From: Lama guanicoe
Taxonomy: Eukaryota
Assembly: GCA_013239625.1 (NCBI GenBank)
Contig: MU056000.1
Coordinates: 13,975,787 to 14,039,786, forward strand
Length of the DNA stretch: 64,000 nucleotides
Reading direction: 5' to 3'
The position numbers and the translations under genes are program-made. The notes under the pieces were generated by a model. It was not told the origin of the DNA and made no database searches. It was given only the letters and a program-made list of their open reading frames with translations. Positions 41,219 through 52,998 of this stretch are shown in pieces; position 1 is the stretch's first letter; each line of letters opens with the position of its first letter.

Positions 41219-41929
41219 CACCTTTAATTCCCTTAATTAATGTTTTATATTCTCTGCTGGTAAATCTTTCACCCCCTTGGTTTGCTCTGTATTCCCATTT
41301 CCTACACTGAGAGGTACATAAATGAAAACCAATTTTCTGGATATACTTTAAAAAACATAATGTGCAGATTTACTTTTTGTAAACTAGATCCAACCTGTGG
41401 TGAAGTAATTTATCTGTTCTTGTGAAGTCCTTTCTATTTTGCATTGATCCGTTTTATTAGGGGATTCTGAAGCTAGTCTACTCTCGTAAGAAGTAAATAC
41501 AGAAACTAAGGAATCTGAAGTAGCTTAAAATGCAATCTGGTAGGTCACATCAATCGTTAAAAAAAAGTGATAAAGTAAATTGACTTTGTGGTCCTTCTTG
41601 AATTTGCAAAAACAAAGGTAATTATTCATAGGAAAATAAAAGGAATAATTATTCCATAAAGCAATACAAAGTTTTTTACCAGATATCAGAACAACGATGT
41701 TCAAAAAATTAAAAGACTACATTTCTACAAACTCCTTCCTCCAGACATAAGTATAGGTTGAAAAGGCTGACATGCAATCATTCAATAAATACCTACAGAA
41801 TATTGTTTCAACTGATGTATTTACAGTAATAGAACACAGCAAAAGTAAAGTAGAACTTCTGAGACTTCTCTTCAAAAAACCTGGAAGCTTCTGCTCTCTC
41901 TCGAAATGCTGCCCTAATAGTGACTGTGA

Positions 41930-42782
41930 CATATTTCTCCCATTTCATAGGTTAATTTTGTTGATCATTTGCTTTGCTGTGCAGAAATTTTAAAGTTCAG
42001 TGTAGCCCCACTTGTTTATTATTGCTTTTGATTTCAAATTTTAAAAAGTCATTGCCAAGATTGATGTCAAGGAGTTTACCCCTTATGTTTTCTGCTAGGA
42101 ATTTTATGGTTGCAAGTCTTAGGTTCAAGTATTTAATCCATCTTGAGTTGATTTTTATGTACAGTGCAAGTTAGGGGTCCAAATTCATTCTTTTACGTGG
42201 AGATGTCCAGTTTTCCCAACCCCATTTATTGAAGAGACTATCCTTTCCCCATTATATATTATTAGCTATTTTATCAATAACTAAATAACCATATATACAT
42301 GGGTACTTCCAGGCTCTTTATTCTGTTCCACTGATCCATATGTTCATTTTTATGCCATGTACTGTTTTGATCACACAGCTTTATAATATAGTTTGAAATC
42401 AGGAAATATGAATCCTCTACCATTACACTTTCTTATGATTGCTTTGGTTATTTGGAGTCTTTTGAGGATCTATACAAATTTTAGGATTGTTTGTTCTGTG
42501 TCTGTGAAAAATGCCATTAGGATTTTAATAGGGATTGTACTTAATTTGCCAATTGCTTTAGGTAATATGGATATTTTAACAATATTAATCTTTTCAATCC
42601 ATGAACACAGAATATCTTTCCATTTACTTGGTCTTCTTCATTTTATTTCCTCAATACCTTATTGTTTTCAGCATACAGATTTTTCACCTACTTGGTTAAA
42701 TTTATTCCTAAGTATTTTATTCTTTTTGATTTTATGGAAATAGGATCATTTTCTTAATTTCTCTTTCTGATAGTTCATTGTA
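41930..42782 (-). mobile_element. L1 ORF2 fragment, minus strand, separate insertion
   Basis: The reverse complement gives decayed ORF2 (aaaatacttaggaataaatttaaccaag, ggatcagtggaacagaataaagagcc). It covers the same ORF2 interval as 40683-41218. Confidence 0.9.
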
Positions 42783-42930
42783 AAATGAATGTTATCTTGA
42801 GCCAGCAAATTGTGGCTTGGTTTGTTATAATACAAAAGCTAACTGACACAGAAGAAAAAGTATGAGATGAAAATTAAGAATAAAAAAAAAACTTAACGAA
42901 TCTTAGAAACATTTGTCCAATTTATGATTT

Positions 42931-43047
42931 ATCAGTTGTCCTATGTGATTCTTCATACACACTCTAACTTACCATGTGATTCTTCATACACACTCTAACT
43001 TACCATCAGTTGTCCTATGTGATTCTTCATACACACTCTAACTTACC
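42931..43047. repeat. Exact compound duplication A-B-B-A-B
   Basis: A = atcagttgtcct (12 bp), B = atgtgattcttcatacacactctaacttacc (31 bp); all copies are identical. Confidence 0.95.
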
Positions 43048-44851
43048 ATGTAGCACTGTAGTGTCTGCCTCACTTTACTGACATTATCTCATTCTGAAGC
43101 TATGCCCCAGGGAAATAATTTTAAAATGGCTACTAGAATCCTGGAAGATAGCCAGGTGAAGCTCCCAAGATGCTTGAGCAGAACTAAATCAGTTCCCCAA
43201 CAACCAGCACAATAAAATAAGCACAGCTGGTATCTCTTCTTGTTGCTTTGCAATAGAGAACACAGCTGCAAATGGAAACAGGTCTGGGGTTTAGAGATTG
43301 GAAGAGAACAAAGAAAACATGAAAAAAAAAATTAGGGATGTTGTAATACATCTCCCAAGGCAAGGAACCTTGCAGAATTTAAGGGTCATATGGTAAAATT
43401 TATCTTCTCCTTATATGCCAAATTAAGTTTTAGTACTCCATTGGAATTAAAGTTCATAAGTTATATATTCATAATTTTCATATAATATTTTGTTCTCTCT
43501 CCAATGAATGAAAAACCCTTATTTCTATAATCCAAGTTTTAAAATGCTCTTAAATAATGTTAATTATAGGTATATTTTATTAACATACAGAAGAGAATAG
43601 GTCAAGATTTATATACTTCCTTATAAATATGTTTCTGTGAAAAACAGAAGATGTAAGATTTATTTTCAAGCAAATTGGATTGCGATCTGGAATGGTTTTC
43701 TTTGAAACAATTTCTATATCTAAAGCAATTTTTTGAAAATTTAAAGGTGTTGCAAGACATCCAAATTTAAATTGGTACTAAAATCTCCTGATTCCACGTA
43801 AAAGCAAGACTAGAACTACAGAAATTTGGGTAACTTACATACAAATAGAAGAGACAAAATTACTTTTTTCTTTTACTGTTTTTTAAAAGAGATCTACCAA
43901 AACACACAATTTAAAAAAATTTGCTACCTTTTTTATGGTAAAATAATGTATGTCATTGCAATACTGCTAAATGTCTTGAAACACTTAAGAGTGCCTTTCC
44001 GTCTCAGAATGGCAATGCTATTTACAAATAAGATTATATTCATTCTATCTTTATTTACAAAAAGCCCCGTGTGCTCCTGAACACTGACTCCAAAAACTGG
44101 AATAATTTCACCACAGGGTTATTATCCTCTTTGTGCAATGATAATAATATTAACTTTTCATATTCTTAGGACTCAGTTTTGAAAAACTTAGACATTTAAT
44201 TAAAAAAATAGCAAAACAAATGTATAAAGTACTTCTATAGAATAATTGACAGGAGGTGGTAAAGTCATCAAGGCTGGAATGGTAATAAACCACATATCAC
44301 AGAAAATAAAAAATGTTAAATGTGTACAAGTCTCTTCATAGTCCTATCAGGTTACATTTGCCCTCTATAATATTATAATATCATTCTGTCCACATATATT
44401 CACTTTGTTAAATGCAATCACATTTTTAGATAAGTTTAAAAAAGCAATATGACAGCTTACTAGACAGCCATCATAATTCAAATGGTCCTTTTCTAAATCA
44501 ATGCTATAAAAACAGGCAGATTTTTTTTAAATTAGAACTATGACTCTCAAGTAGCCATGCTGTTACTTTTCTTTCTGTGAGCACGAATAACCTAACTTTA
44601 GTCAATGGTTTTCCTCGCTGATTTTATAGCGTTATGTATTTAAATATGGCAACTAATATCTAAACATGAAAATTGCTTACCTGTGCAGATTGAATTGGTT
44701 TTGGTCATAAAATATATGGCATGAGCATTTTAACACTATGTGATCCTCTTTGGTAGTGACTCTAAATTTAACAAATATAATTTCTTCCATTCATGTTTAT
44801 AATTTGAATTTTTTTCATTCTTTTATCTTGAATGTTATTTTGGGCGGGGGG

Positions 44852-45078
44852 CAGTGATTCTCAAAAGCAATTTTGGCCTCCAGAGATCTTTTGACGATGT
44901 CTGAAGACATCACAACATGGCAGCACTGGGAGGGATGCTATTGGAATCTAATGGGGAAAGAAGAGACCAGGGATGCTGTTAAACATCCTATAATGCACAG
45001 GACAGTCCCCGCCCCCACTCCCAAAACAAATAATTATTCAGTCCAAAATGTCAATAGTGGCACGGCTGAAAAACTATT
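44852..45078. mobile_element. MER20 hAT-Charlie MITE
   Basis: cagtgattctcaa...ccagggatgctgttaaacatcctataatgcacaggacag...ccaaaatgtcaatagtg matches the recalled MER20 consensus. Confidence 0.9.
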
Positions 45079-45599
45079 CTTTAGCGGGATATGATTCCCT
45101 GGATAATAGTTGAAATTACGCGGTGTATATAAATCAAAGAGATAAAGAAAAACCCTGTATTATAACGTGCACCAAAAACCACTGCAATTTTCTTTTTGTC
45201 TCTTTGTTAAAACATCCAGAATGCCACTGACTCTGTCTGCTGATTATTACTCACTGACAAGACACATACAGCGACATTACACTTCTCTCGCCAGCAACAC
45301 AACACACAGCAATTACTCGGAAGGCTCTATGACTATTTCTTAGCATCGTAGATACACAAGAAACAATAATCTGATAAAAACTTGCACGACCGGGAAGTCT
45401 CTGGTGTTGCCTTCTCTTACCTTCTCTGTATTCTCATAGCACATTTTGCAAAACTCTATAGGGAATCCATCATTTGCATGGTAATCCTGTTTACTCGCCC
45501 TTAACCACACAAACACGTGCATACATATACACACGCTAAACTATATAACCCCACAGTGAAGAGAGAGGAGCATTTTTCTTCATATGTGCTCTATGTAAT

Positions 45600-45850
45600 A
45601 TGCATCTTTTTTCCCCTTGTCTAACTGACAACCCTTGATACGTTATGTAAGATTCAGAGGACGTCTTCTCTAGTCTGCAAGCTGGGCTCTCTGTTCAACC
45701 CTATGGCTCCTCTATGTTTTTGTTTAACAAACGCCATATTGAAATTTTCTGTTTCTATGTCTGCAGCCTGCTCAAGTTTAGGGACCTTGTTTTATTTACT
45801 GTTTTATTACTAGCCACTATTACAGTTCTCAGCACATTAAATGCCTTCAC
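45600..45850 (+). mobile_element. L2 fragment
   Basis: agggaccttgttttatttactgttttattactagc...acagttctcagcacattaaatgc resembles the L2 3' region. Confidence 0.5.
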
Positions 45851-46279
45851 TCTCTCTCCTTCTTTCCAGAAAGAATTGGAGAGATAAAAGGGAAGAATTC
45901 TTTTTTTTTTTAACGACTGGATAATTCAAAACTCAGTTAACGTGCATAGAGTAAAAATAATAATCTTCTCCGGCACCATATGCTGAGAAAATTTTGCTGT
46001 CAGTCATCACACCATGACACTAGCATTAGCTGTTACCAGTATTAGAAACTGATACAGCTTTAAGTTAGTGTAAATGTGACTAATTCCTTTATTATCACAA
46101 ACCTACATTTTACTTTTTATCATTTCATAAACAACATGAATATATTACGTTAATGAAGAAGAACGTACTTCTCTCATACCAAATAAAGCTGCAGCTCTTT
46201 TCTTCTAGAAGTGATTTCCACCCATGTGCTTATGGACCCTTCAGATATTTCCTACGTATGTAAATGCATATTCTGCAAC

Positions 46280-47040
46280 ACATATTTATTTTTAAAAATA
46301 AATTGGATGTTATTCCACATGGATTTCTGAAAATGCTTTTCTAACTAAAAGAATCTGGATCTTTAAATGTCAGCATATACAGTTTGAATTCACCCATTTT
46401 AAGCTGCCAAGGGTATCAGTATATGTTTGAAGAATCATTTATTTGAACACTTCCTTATCAGTGTAGTTTGAGTGTGTTTTCTACTTTCCACTATTGTGAA
46501 CAAAACTGCAAGCAAGGGCACCCTTTTTCATATATCTTTGCACATCCATGTCAGTATACCTATAGTTTTCTACACTAAATATATTATTATAGAAATTTTG
46601 ATAGATATTGTCAAAGTACCCTTCAAAAAACTGTGGGAATTAACCTTTCTGCTAACAGTTCTGCACATTAACAATTTTTAGAATTATCAAATTTGCATAC
46701 TTGGTAGCCAAACACTGCTATCTTCTTCTCCTTTGTGGTTTCTTAAATTACTAGTAAAATTTGAGACTTTTTTTAATATAATGAACATGTTTTTCCCAGG
46801 AATCTCTTGTTAATTTCCCCATGTGTATTTGATTGTAGTGTAATTTTTCTTATTGCAAAAAGCTCCTTACGTAATGAAAATCAGTACTTCGCTCTGTGTT
46901 TAAGTTTACCTTTCCATCTTATTAGGGCTAGCGTAATTATTTGACATCTATATTTTCAAATGTTTCTTCATTTAAATTCATGTCATTTCCTATTGATTAT
47001 TAGATTCGTATCATACATTAAAATTCCTTCACCACATTGT
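46280..47040 (-). mobile_element. Ancient L1ME-like fragment
   Basis: ttccactattgtgaacaaaactgca...catatatctttgcaca...ttttgatagatattgtcaaa is typical antisense L1ME sequence. Confidence 0.65.
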
Positions 47041-47714
47041 TCTTTTTTTTAAGTGGATGAATTTTTATAGCATACTGAGAGTTTTGGCTTTTATAGTTTA
47101 AGCATGAATTGATTTACCATTTAGTTTGAACTTAAGTGTTGAGAAAAACACTAGTTGACATTGGTCAACATTATGATCACACCTGGTCCTTCATCTGAAC
47201 TCCACTCCTCAGCTTAGTTACTTTCCACTCCAGAAAGTGACCATAGACGGTTCCACCTGTCTTACCGCCAACACCATCTGGGTCACAGTGTCCTTCGGCT
47301 ACCTGGAACCTATTGCCTTTTCCTACACTATCTATGATGTATGTATTTTGGGGTTGTTAGAGCGATTTTTCTTAAAAAGCATGTCCCTATTGGACCCCCT
47401 AGGGATTAGATTCTAGTATACATAAATGGCTTCATGCAATTTTGGGTGAATTTTCCTTTTTATGGTATTGAGCCATCTCAAATATCTTACTATCTTACTA
47501 CCTCTGGAACAAGAGGAACATTATAATAATATCAAATCCATTCTAAAGAGCCAAGAAGGGGAACCTCACCTCTGGCTCAGTAAACTATATGTATTCTGGA
47601 ACATCTATTTTCTCTGCTATAATTATTCCACAAAGAGCTTGATACAGATTTTATGTTTTTAACTCTATTTTTAAAAAATGAGAACTCAAAAGCTGAAGCT
47701 CTATCTAGCTTATA

Positions 47715-47900
47715 CATCTTGTCCAGTTGCATTTATTACTAACCATGTGATTGATCTTGGGCAAGTTACTTAATTCTGTATAACAGTTTTATCCTCTGTA
47801 AAACAAAAATAATCATAATATCAACATCATGATGATACAGCATGGTATTGTTGCAAATGGTATGCAATGCCTGATACATAGTAAGTGCTCAACAAATATC
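47715..47900 (+). mobile_element. MIR SINE
   Basis: cttgggcaagttacttaa...cagttttatcctctgtaaaac...tgcctgatacatagtaagtgctcaacaaat. Confidence 0.85.
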
Positions 47901-48359
47901 CCCTGGAGTTGTTTCAGGACTGCTGTGGCATCCTGTGGTGTCAGAATTTGGCAAAATAAATAAGTTACTTTGTGGTCATCAGTGTTTGATTTTCGGCCAG
48001 ACTCGAAGTGTACATTCAAAATGTCTAATCTCTTTATCCACTGATCCAAACTTCTACGGGTCCAATCATTTCTACACTTGACAGGAAGTAAGATTTAGAG
48101 ATATGAAATCAACTGTTAGCTTCACCACTGGCAGTAAGAGAAACTGCTGCCAGAGCAAAGGCATCCAGCATCACAATGACACAGCGGAAACGGAAAGGAG
48201 GGATGATTTTATGCGTCATTGCCAAATCCAGCCACTTCATGGAAAATGACATCCCTGTTTCTTATCCAATGCTAAAACCTTTCTCGTTATTCCTTTGGGT
48301 TCAGTGTTGGACTCAATTCTTTGGTTATTGGGTTAATATTAAAACCTAGAATTTGTCCA

Positions 48360-48860
48360 AGTACCAATTCAGCTTCAGTGCAGCTTCCTGTGTCTGAAAT
48401 CCAACTCAATAGCTTAAAAAGACAAGATTTACTTTCTAAAGAAAGCTCTTGGGATCTGCAGGCCAGGGCTGGAGCATCGGTTCTGTGATGTATCATTCTT
48501 CCGGGCCCTTTTATCTTTCTGCTCCATCTCACTCAGCAAGAGGCTTTCATCTTTCTGGTTCTAAGTGGCTGCTGCATTTCTATACCACGTCTGCATTTAG
48601 GCAGCAAGAAAGGAACGTGGTAATGGGTGAAATATATGTGCCAGGTGTGTCTTTCTACAGGAAACTTATATCTTTCCTAGAACTTTCTGCCTTACTGGTT
48701 TCCACTTCATGTCCTATCATCTAGAATTATATCATATGACCATTCTTAGATGAAAAGGAAGAGTAAGAGGTAAATATTTAATTCTGCAGTGTCACTCTGA
48801 ACAAAACTAAGTTCTCTTAGTAATAAGGAAGGGTAGACTGAATATTAGACATTCAGGCTT
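48360..48860 (-). mobile_element. Old MaLR solo LTR (MLT1J/K-like)
   Basis: Same antisense MLT1 layout as 17590-18068 (ggccagggctgg, tctttctgctcc, ctttcctagaa, aacaaaactaagttctcttagtaa). Confidence 0.6.
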
Positions 48861-49060
48861 TTCCCTAAAGGGAAGAAGCTCGATTCTATTGTTCATAACA
48901 AACGCCATGGTTTTGTGTCTGTGTGTGTAGTCAGCAGGACTGTCAGAGCACGGACTCTCCTAGAAAAGAAGATGCCTCATCCATCAGGAGTATTAGAAGG
49001 TAACACTATCCTCTCACTGTTCCCACTGCCTCCAGGCTCATTTCCTAAAATCCCTTACAA

Positions 49061-49282
49061 AAGAGGTTGGCAAACTTTTTCTGTAAAATGCAACATAGTA
49101 AATATTTCAGGCGTGTGAGCCATAAACTTACTTGCCACCCCTCAGCTCTGCCGCTGTAGTGCCCAAACTACCAAACGCAATATTTAAATGAATGGCTATG
49201 GCTTTGTTCCAGTAAAATTTTGTTCACAACAGGCAGCAGGCTGGATTGGTCTCCACTGCCATGGTTTTTGCTGGTCCTTCTG
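49061..49282. mobile_element. MER58A hAT-Charlie MITE
   Basis: ggttggcaaactttttctgtaaa...atagtaaatatttcaggc...tgttccagtaaaatttt...acaggcagcaggctggatt matches the recalled MER58A consensus. Confidence 0.9.
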
Positions 49283-49632
49283 CTACAAGTTTTTTATTTT
49301 TAAACTTAATGGTAGTGCAAGTATCACTCATTCTTAAGCAGACCACACTCCACAAACATTCATATCACCTCGCATACATTCATATTACAGTGTGTATTAG
49401 GTACTATTATGGTGATTTTTATGCATTTGATTTTCCACAATGAACTCATACGCGTACAATATAGTTTCCAATGTTCAGCCTAAAGCTTGCTGTGGTCCTT
49501 CAACAGAATTGTACCTAGAAGAACCATTGTAGAAGAGACTGAAAACCTATTCTTTGCCTGTTTTTTCCTCTTTTTTCAAATACTAAACTCTCTCTCTCTG
49601 AACCATACTCATCTCCATAAAATAACTTTATA

Positions 49633-49780
49633 CAATTGACCCTTAAACATGTGCGGTTTAAGGAGCACCAACCCTCCACAGTCAAAAATATACACATAAC
49701 TTACAGTCGACCCTTCATATAAGGAGGCTCCTGTAAGTGGACCCCTGTAATTCACACCCCGGCTGTTCAAGGCTCACTTG
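49633..49780. mobile_element. Tigger2-family MITE, internally deleted
   Basis: TA-caattgacccttaaaca ... tgttcaaggctcacttg-TA; homologous to 25013-25246 but about 86 bp shorter. Confidence 0.85.
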
Positions 49781-50179
49781 TACTAATTATTTCCCATTCC
49801 TATACTCCTCTCTAAGCCCTAGATAAAGACTGCAATGTTTTGGCTTGTTCTTAAGTTCTCCAGCCTCAGCTACAGTGATTCCTTTAGGATTCGTGATTCC
49901 TAAATGTGCAGCATCCTTTAATATCCTCAAATACGCCCTCTTAACTTTAACAGTGTTCACACACACACATATGTAATTCAGGATACATTTCTGAGAACCT
50001 TTTTCTTTTCCTTGTCATTTCCCTTGGCTTTCCAATCTCTGTTCTGATTCATTTCAGCTATTCTCAATTTCAGCTATTTCTAAATATTTTTCTAGATCAG
50101 GTGGGAGGATGATATACTTTCTGGATCCTTCTTCCATGCTGGCCAAAGAATCATGTTTGACTGAATGAAGGATTCAGGG

Positions 50180-50800
50180 TTTTAGTCATTTCTCTGTAGG
50201 CTGACAATGATATTCAACTTTTTACCACATTCCAGTGTTTCAGGTGATAAATATGATGTGAAAATATATTTTTTTAAGTTGGTAACGTTAAAAAATTGTG
50301 AAAGTTTATAAAAGTTTTCTCTTTATCCTTAGCCTTTAAGAACTTTGCCAGGATTCACTTAAGTTGGATTGGATTCTTATTCTATTAACCCTTCCTGGAA
50401 CTCAGAAAGTCTATTAATCTTGCAAATTCTGCGTACTCTTCACCTTCAGGGAAAAACATTACTGCTCTTCTCCTTCATCTGCTCACTTCTGCTCTCTGGG
50501 GACATACGTTATTCGCATGGTAGGTTGAACAAACATATCGTCTAAGTCACATACTGTTCTCACAATTTCCATATACTTATATTTTGATTTTTAGCTGCTT
50601 CTTTTGGTCTGGTATGTTCTCAAGTTCCAGGACAATAACTTGGGTCTGATCAGTGACCATTTATGCCTCAATGCAATATCACTTTTTGTTTTTCACTTCC
50701 TTGTAGAAAACATGACTTTGAGTTACGGAAGTCTCTTTACAGTGTCCTCAACCACCAGTGCTCTGACTGCCGACTGTCGACATGCTGTCTTTCTTGGTGA
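50180..50800 (-). mobile_element. Ancient L1/HAL1 ORF1-region fragment
   Basis: T-rich antisense ORF1-like sequence (ttttctctttatccttag...cttcctggaactcag...cttcagggaaa); highly diverged. Confidence 0.5.
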
Positions 50801-51382
50801 TGAATGCTGTGCGTGTCTTCCTCTCTCTGGCACTTTGCTCCCTATGGTTCTGTTGCTTCCTTTGTGCTCCCTGGGGGTACTATGTAGCCTCCGGAAGTAC
50901 TTTACCGGTGGCATTCCCACAAGTGATGGAGTCATGCAGCTCTTTGCTTTTATAAGAGAAAAGGATTGGCAGATGGGCTGTCAGTCCCTTGATAAGGTGC
51001 CAGGAGGACGTCTGTTCTAGAGTTTTCACATACGCTCTTACCTGCCAGGGGTAATGGTGTCAAGCCCTTCAGTCCCCTCTCAGCTTTCCTAAGAGACCAG
51101 TGAGCCTGCTGCGTGCCTTCTGGGCCTTTCCACCGGCTCTCGGAGGCTGGTCCCTATGCTCTGCACTGGTCCCTGGAGAGCCATTTTGGCAACTGCGTAC
51201 TCCCCTGAGAGTCTGGTTAGGAAGGAGAACTTAGTCTGTCCTTTCTCACCTGCTTCCATGACAGCTCCAGGAGCTATCTGGCTATCTCAGGGGAACTAAA
51301 ATGGACTGGATTTGAGAAGATGAGTGACTGCAATCTTCCATTAAAAGCTTTATATATGAGACAAAAGGTGCCAGCAAAACGT

Positions 51383-51510
51383 AGTATGGTGATCATTTCA
51401 CAATACCTGTAAGTTAAGCCATCACTCTTTGCACCTTAAATTTATACAGTGCTTATGTCAATTATATCTCATTAAAACTGGAAAATAATTTTCCAAATTA
51501 AAAAAAAAAC
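51383..51510 (+). mobile_element. L1 extreme 3' tail
   Basis: tggtgatcatttcacaata...caccttaaatttatacagtgcttatgtcaattatatctcattaaaactggaaa followed by an A-rich run. Confidence 0.8.
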
Positions 51511-52408
51511 AAACTTAGGTATATATCCAATTACACAGAGAGATTTGATTAATGACTAAGATAATCTTAATTTAAAATAAAACTCTTACATGTACAGTAA
51601 AATTAAATATATGAAAGCTCTACTCAAAATAGATGTTCTAAATCCAAGCTAAGAGTCTCACAGAGATAGTAAAATCTTATTATCATAGCTGAACTTGACT
51701 TTAGTTATATTCAGGAAACTCATCATCTGAGATAAAAATGAAATAGCTAGACCATGGAGATCTGTGAGTGGTGGGAAAGCCCTAGATCATCAGAGAGATC
51801 TTGATTTATCAAATGCAATGTAGGTTCTGTACTCAGGAGAACCTGCAGTCAATTTCTTCCTGGCAATTTTGGAAAGAATTTGGGAAAGTTACTTACATAC
51901 TTTAAGGTGGTATTCAAAATACTCCACAGGGTTGTTACCCATTTTAAGACAAATCAGGTAGGTATCTGCAAAGTTTACTGATTAATGTAGTTGTTACTTG
52001 TGCCATGAATAATATTATAAATTGGTCATAACCTGCAAGCTTAAACCTGCTTAAAAGACGTAGCAAACGATTTCCAACATTGTATTACCTGTGTCCATGC
52101 AAATGGTCACTGAATGTGTTGGTAAGATTAAAGGGTTGTGCCAATTAAGCAAGAACTGCAAGTGTTTTCTCATTTATGATGATTTTCCTTGAGATCAAGG
52201 TGTTCCTTCCAGTCATGAGTTCAGAAACTCATTTTAATAAATATTAGATTCTTTAACACTTTAGACCATAGCAAAGTATGGAAATATATTGGAACTTCTT
52301 CAAATTTCTTTACCCTCCTTCCAAAATTAAAACCCGGTCTTCAAAAGATGAATTTTGGATTATCAGAAATATGTTAATTACCAAAGTATAAGCAACAACT
52401 GTTCTTAC

Positions 52409-52703
52409 CCATGTCTGACATTTCAGGCACGGTCACGATGTACGGTCCATCTGTGAACTTTGGAGCGTTGTCATTAATGTCTTGCACTTTGATGATGAAC
52501 TCAGATTCAGGTTCAAGGGGCTTGTTTGTTCGTCTGTCAATGGCCTGGGCATGAAGCACATAGTGGGTCTTCTGCTCTCTGTCTAGGCTTTTTGTTGAGT
52601 GGATGTCACCTGTGGTGTCATCAATGATAAATATAGTCCCGGCACCTTCTCCAGTGAGGATGTATTTGACGGACCCGTCGCCTTTGTCAGAATTGGAGTG
52701 CAG
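52409..52703 (-). CDS. CDH18: Cadherin-18 coding exon, 295 nt (most of EC1 plus EC1-EC2 linker)
   Basis: Minus strand reads tttgcag|CTGCAC...GACATGG|gtaaga, a canonical acceptor and donor, phase 0 to 1. Translation [98 protein letters not shown] has the cadherin motifs LDRE, DINDN and PE, with QAI at the HAV position (type II). It matches the human CDH18 sequence as I recall it. Confidence 0.95.
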
Positions 52704-52998
52704 CTGCAAACACAAATGGAATGATTTAACATGAAATTCTTTTTCAGCCTCACTCACTGTTCTCTGAAAATTGCCATCTATAATTTAAGACTTACTTTGA
52801 TTATAACTTTTCTTCCTTCCACAGTGTCCTGTGTATTATTACAACCATGTGTTTGCAGTTTTTCTCCACTTGGCATTAACATGGATACATTTATTTTGAT
52901 CTAAGAGATCCAATTATTGATTTAGGAAAAATTAATAAGCATTGCTTATTAAAAAAAACAATAACCTTGACTGACATTCTACTAAATCAACATTTCAC

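Larger units (their letters stand above)
24664..52408 (-). other. CDH18: CDH18 intron, 27,745 nt, GT-AG, phase 1
   Basis: Bounded by the donor at 52408 and the acceptor at 24664. The spliced protein ...PEMSDMGTSVLQV... is contiguous, so no constitutive coding exon is missing between them. Confidence 0.9.

Noticed and set aside
41930..42782. Minus-strand L1 piece as the twin-priming inversion of the long L1
   Set aside because: It duplicates about 0.5 kb of ORF2 already present in the + copy, is visibly diverged from it, and is separated by about 650 bp of other sequence.
42931..43047. 31-bp direct repeats as a CRISPR-like array
   Set aside because: No unique spacers, two repeats are directly adjacent, there are no cas genes, and the context is a mammalian intron.
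52374..52757. 127-aa ORF taken as a standalone gene
   Set aside because: Only 52409-52703 is cadherin. The flanking residues are intron read-through beyond the AG and GT sites.
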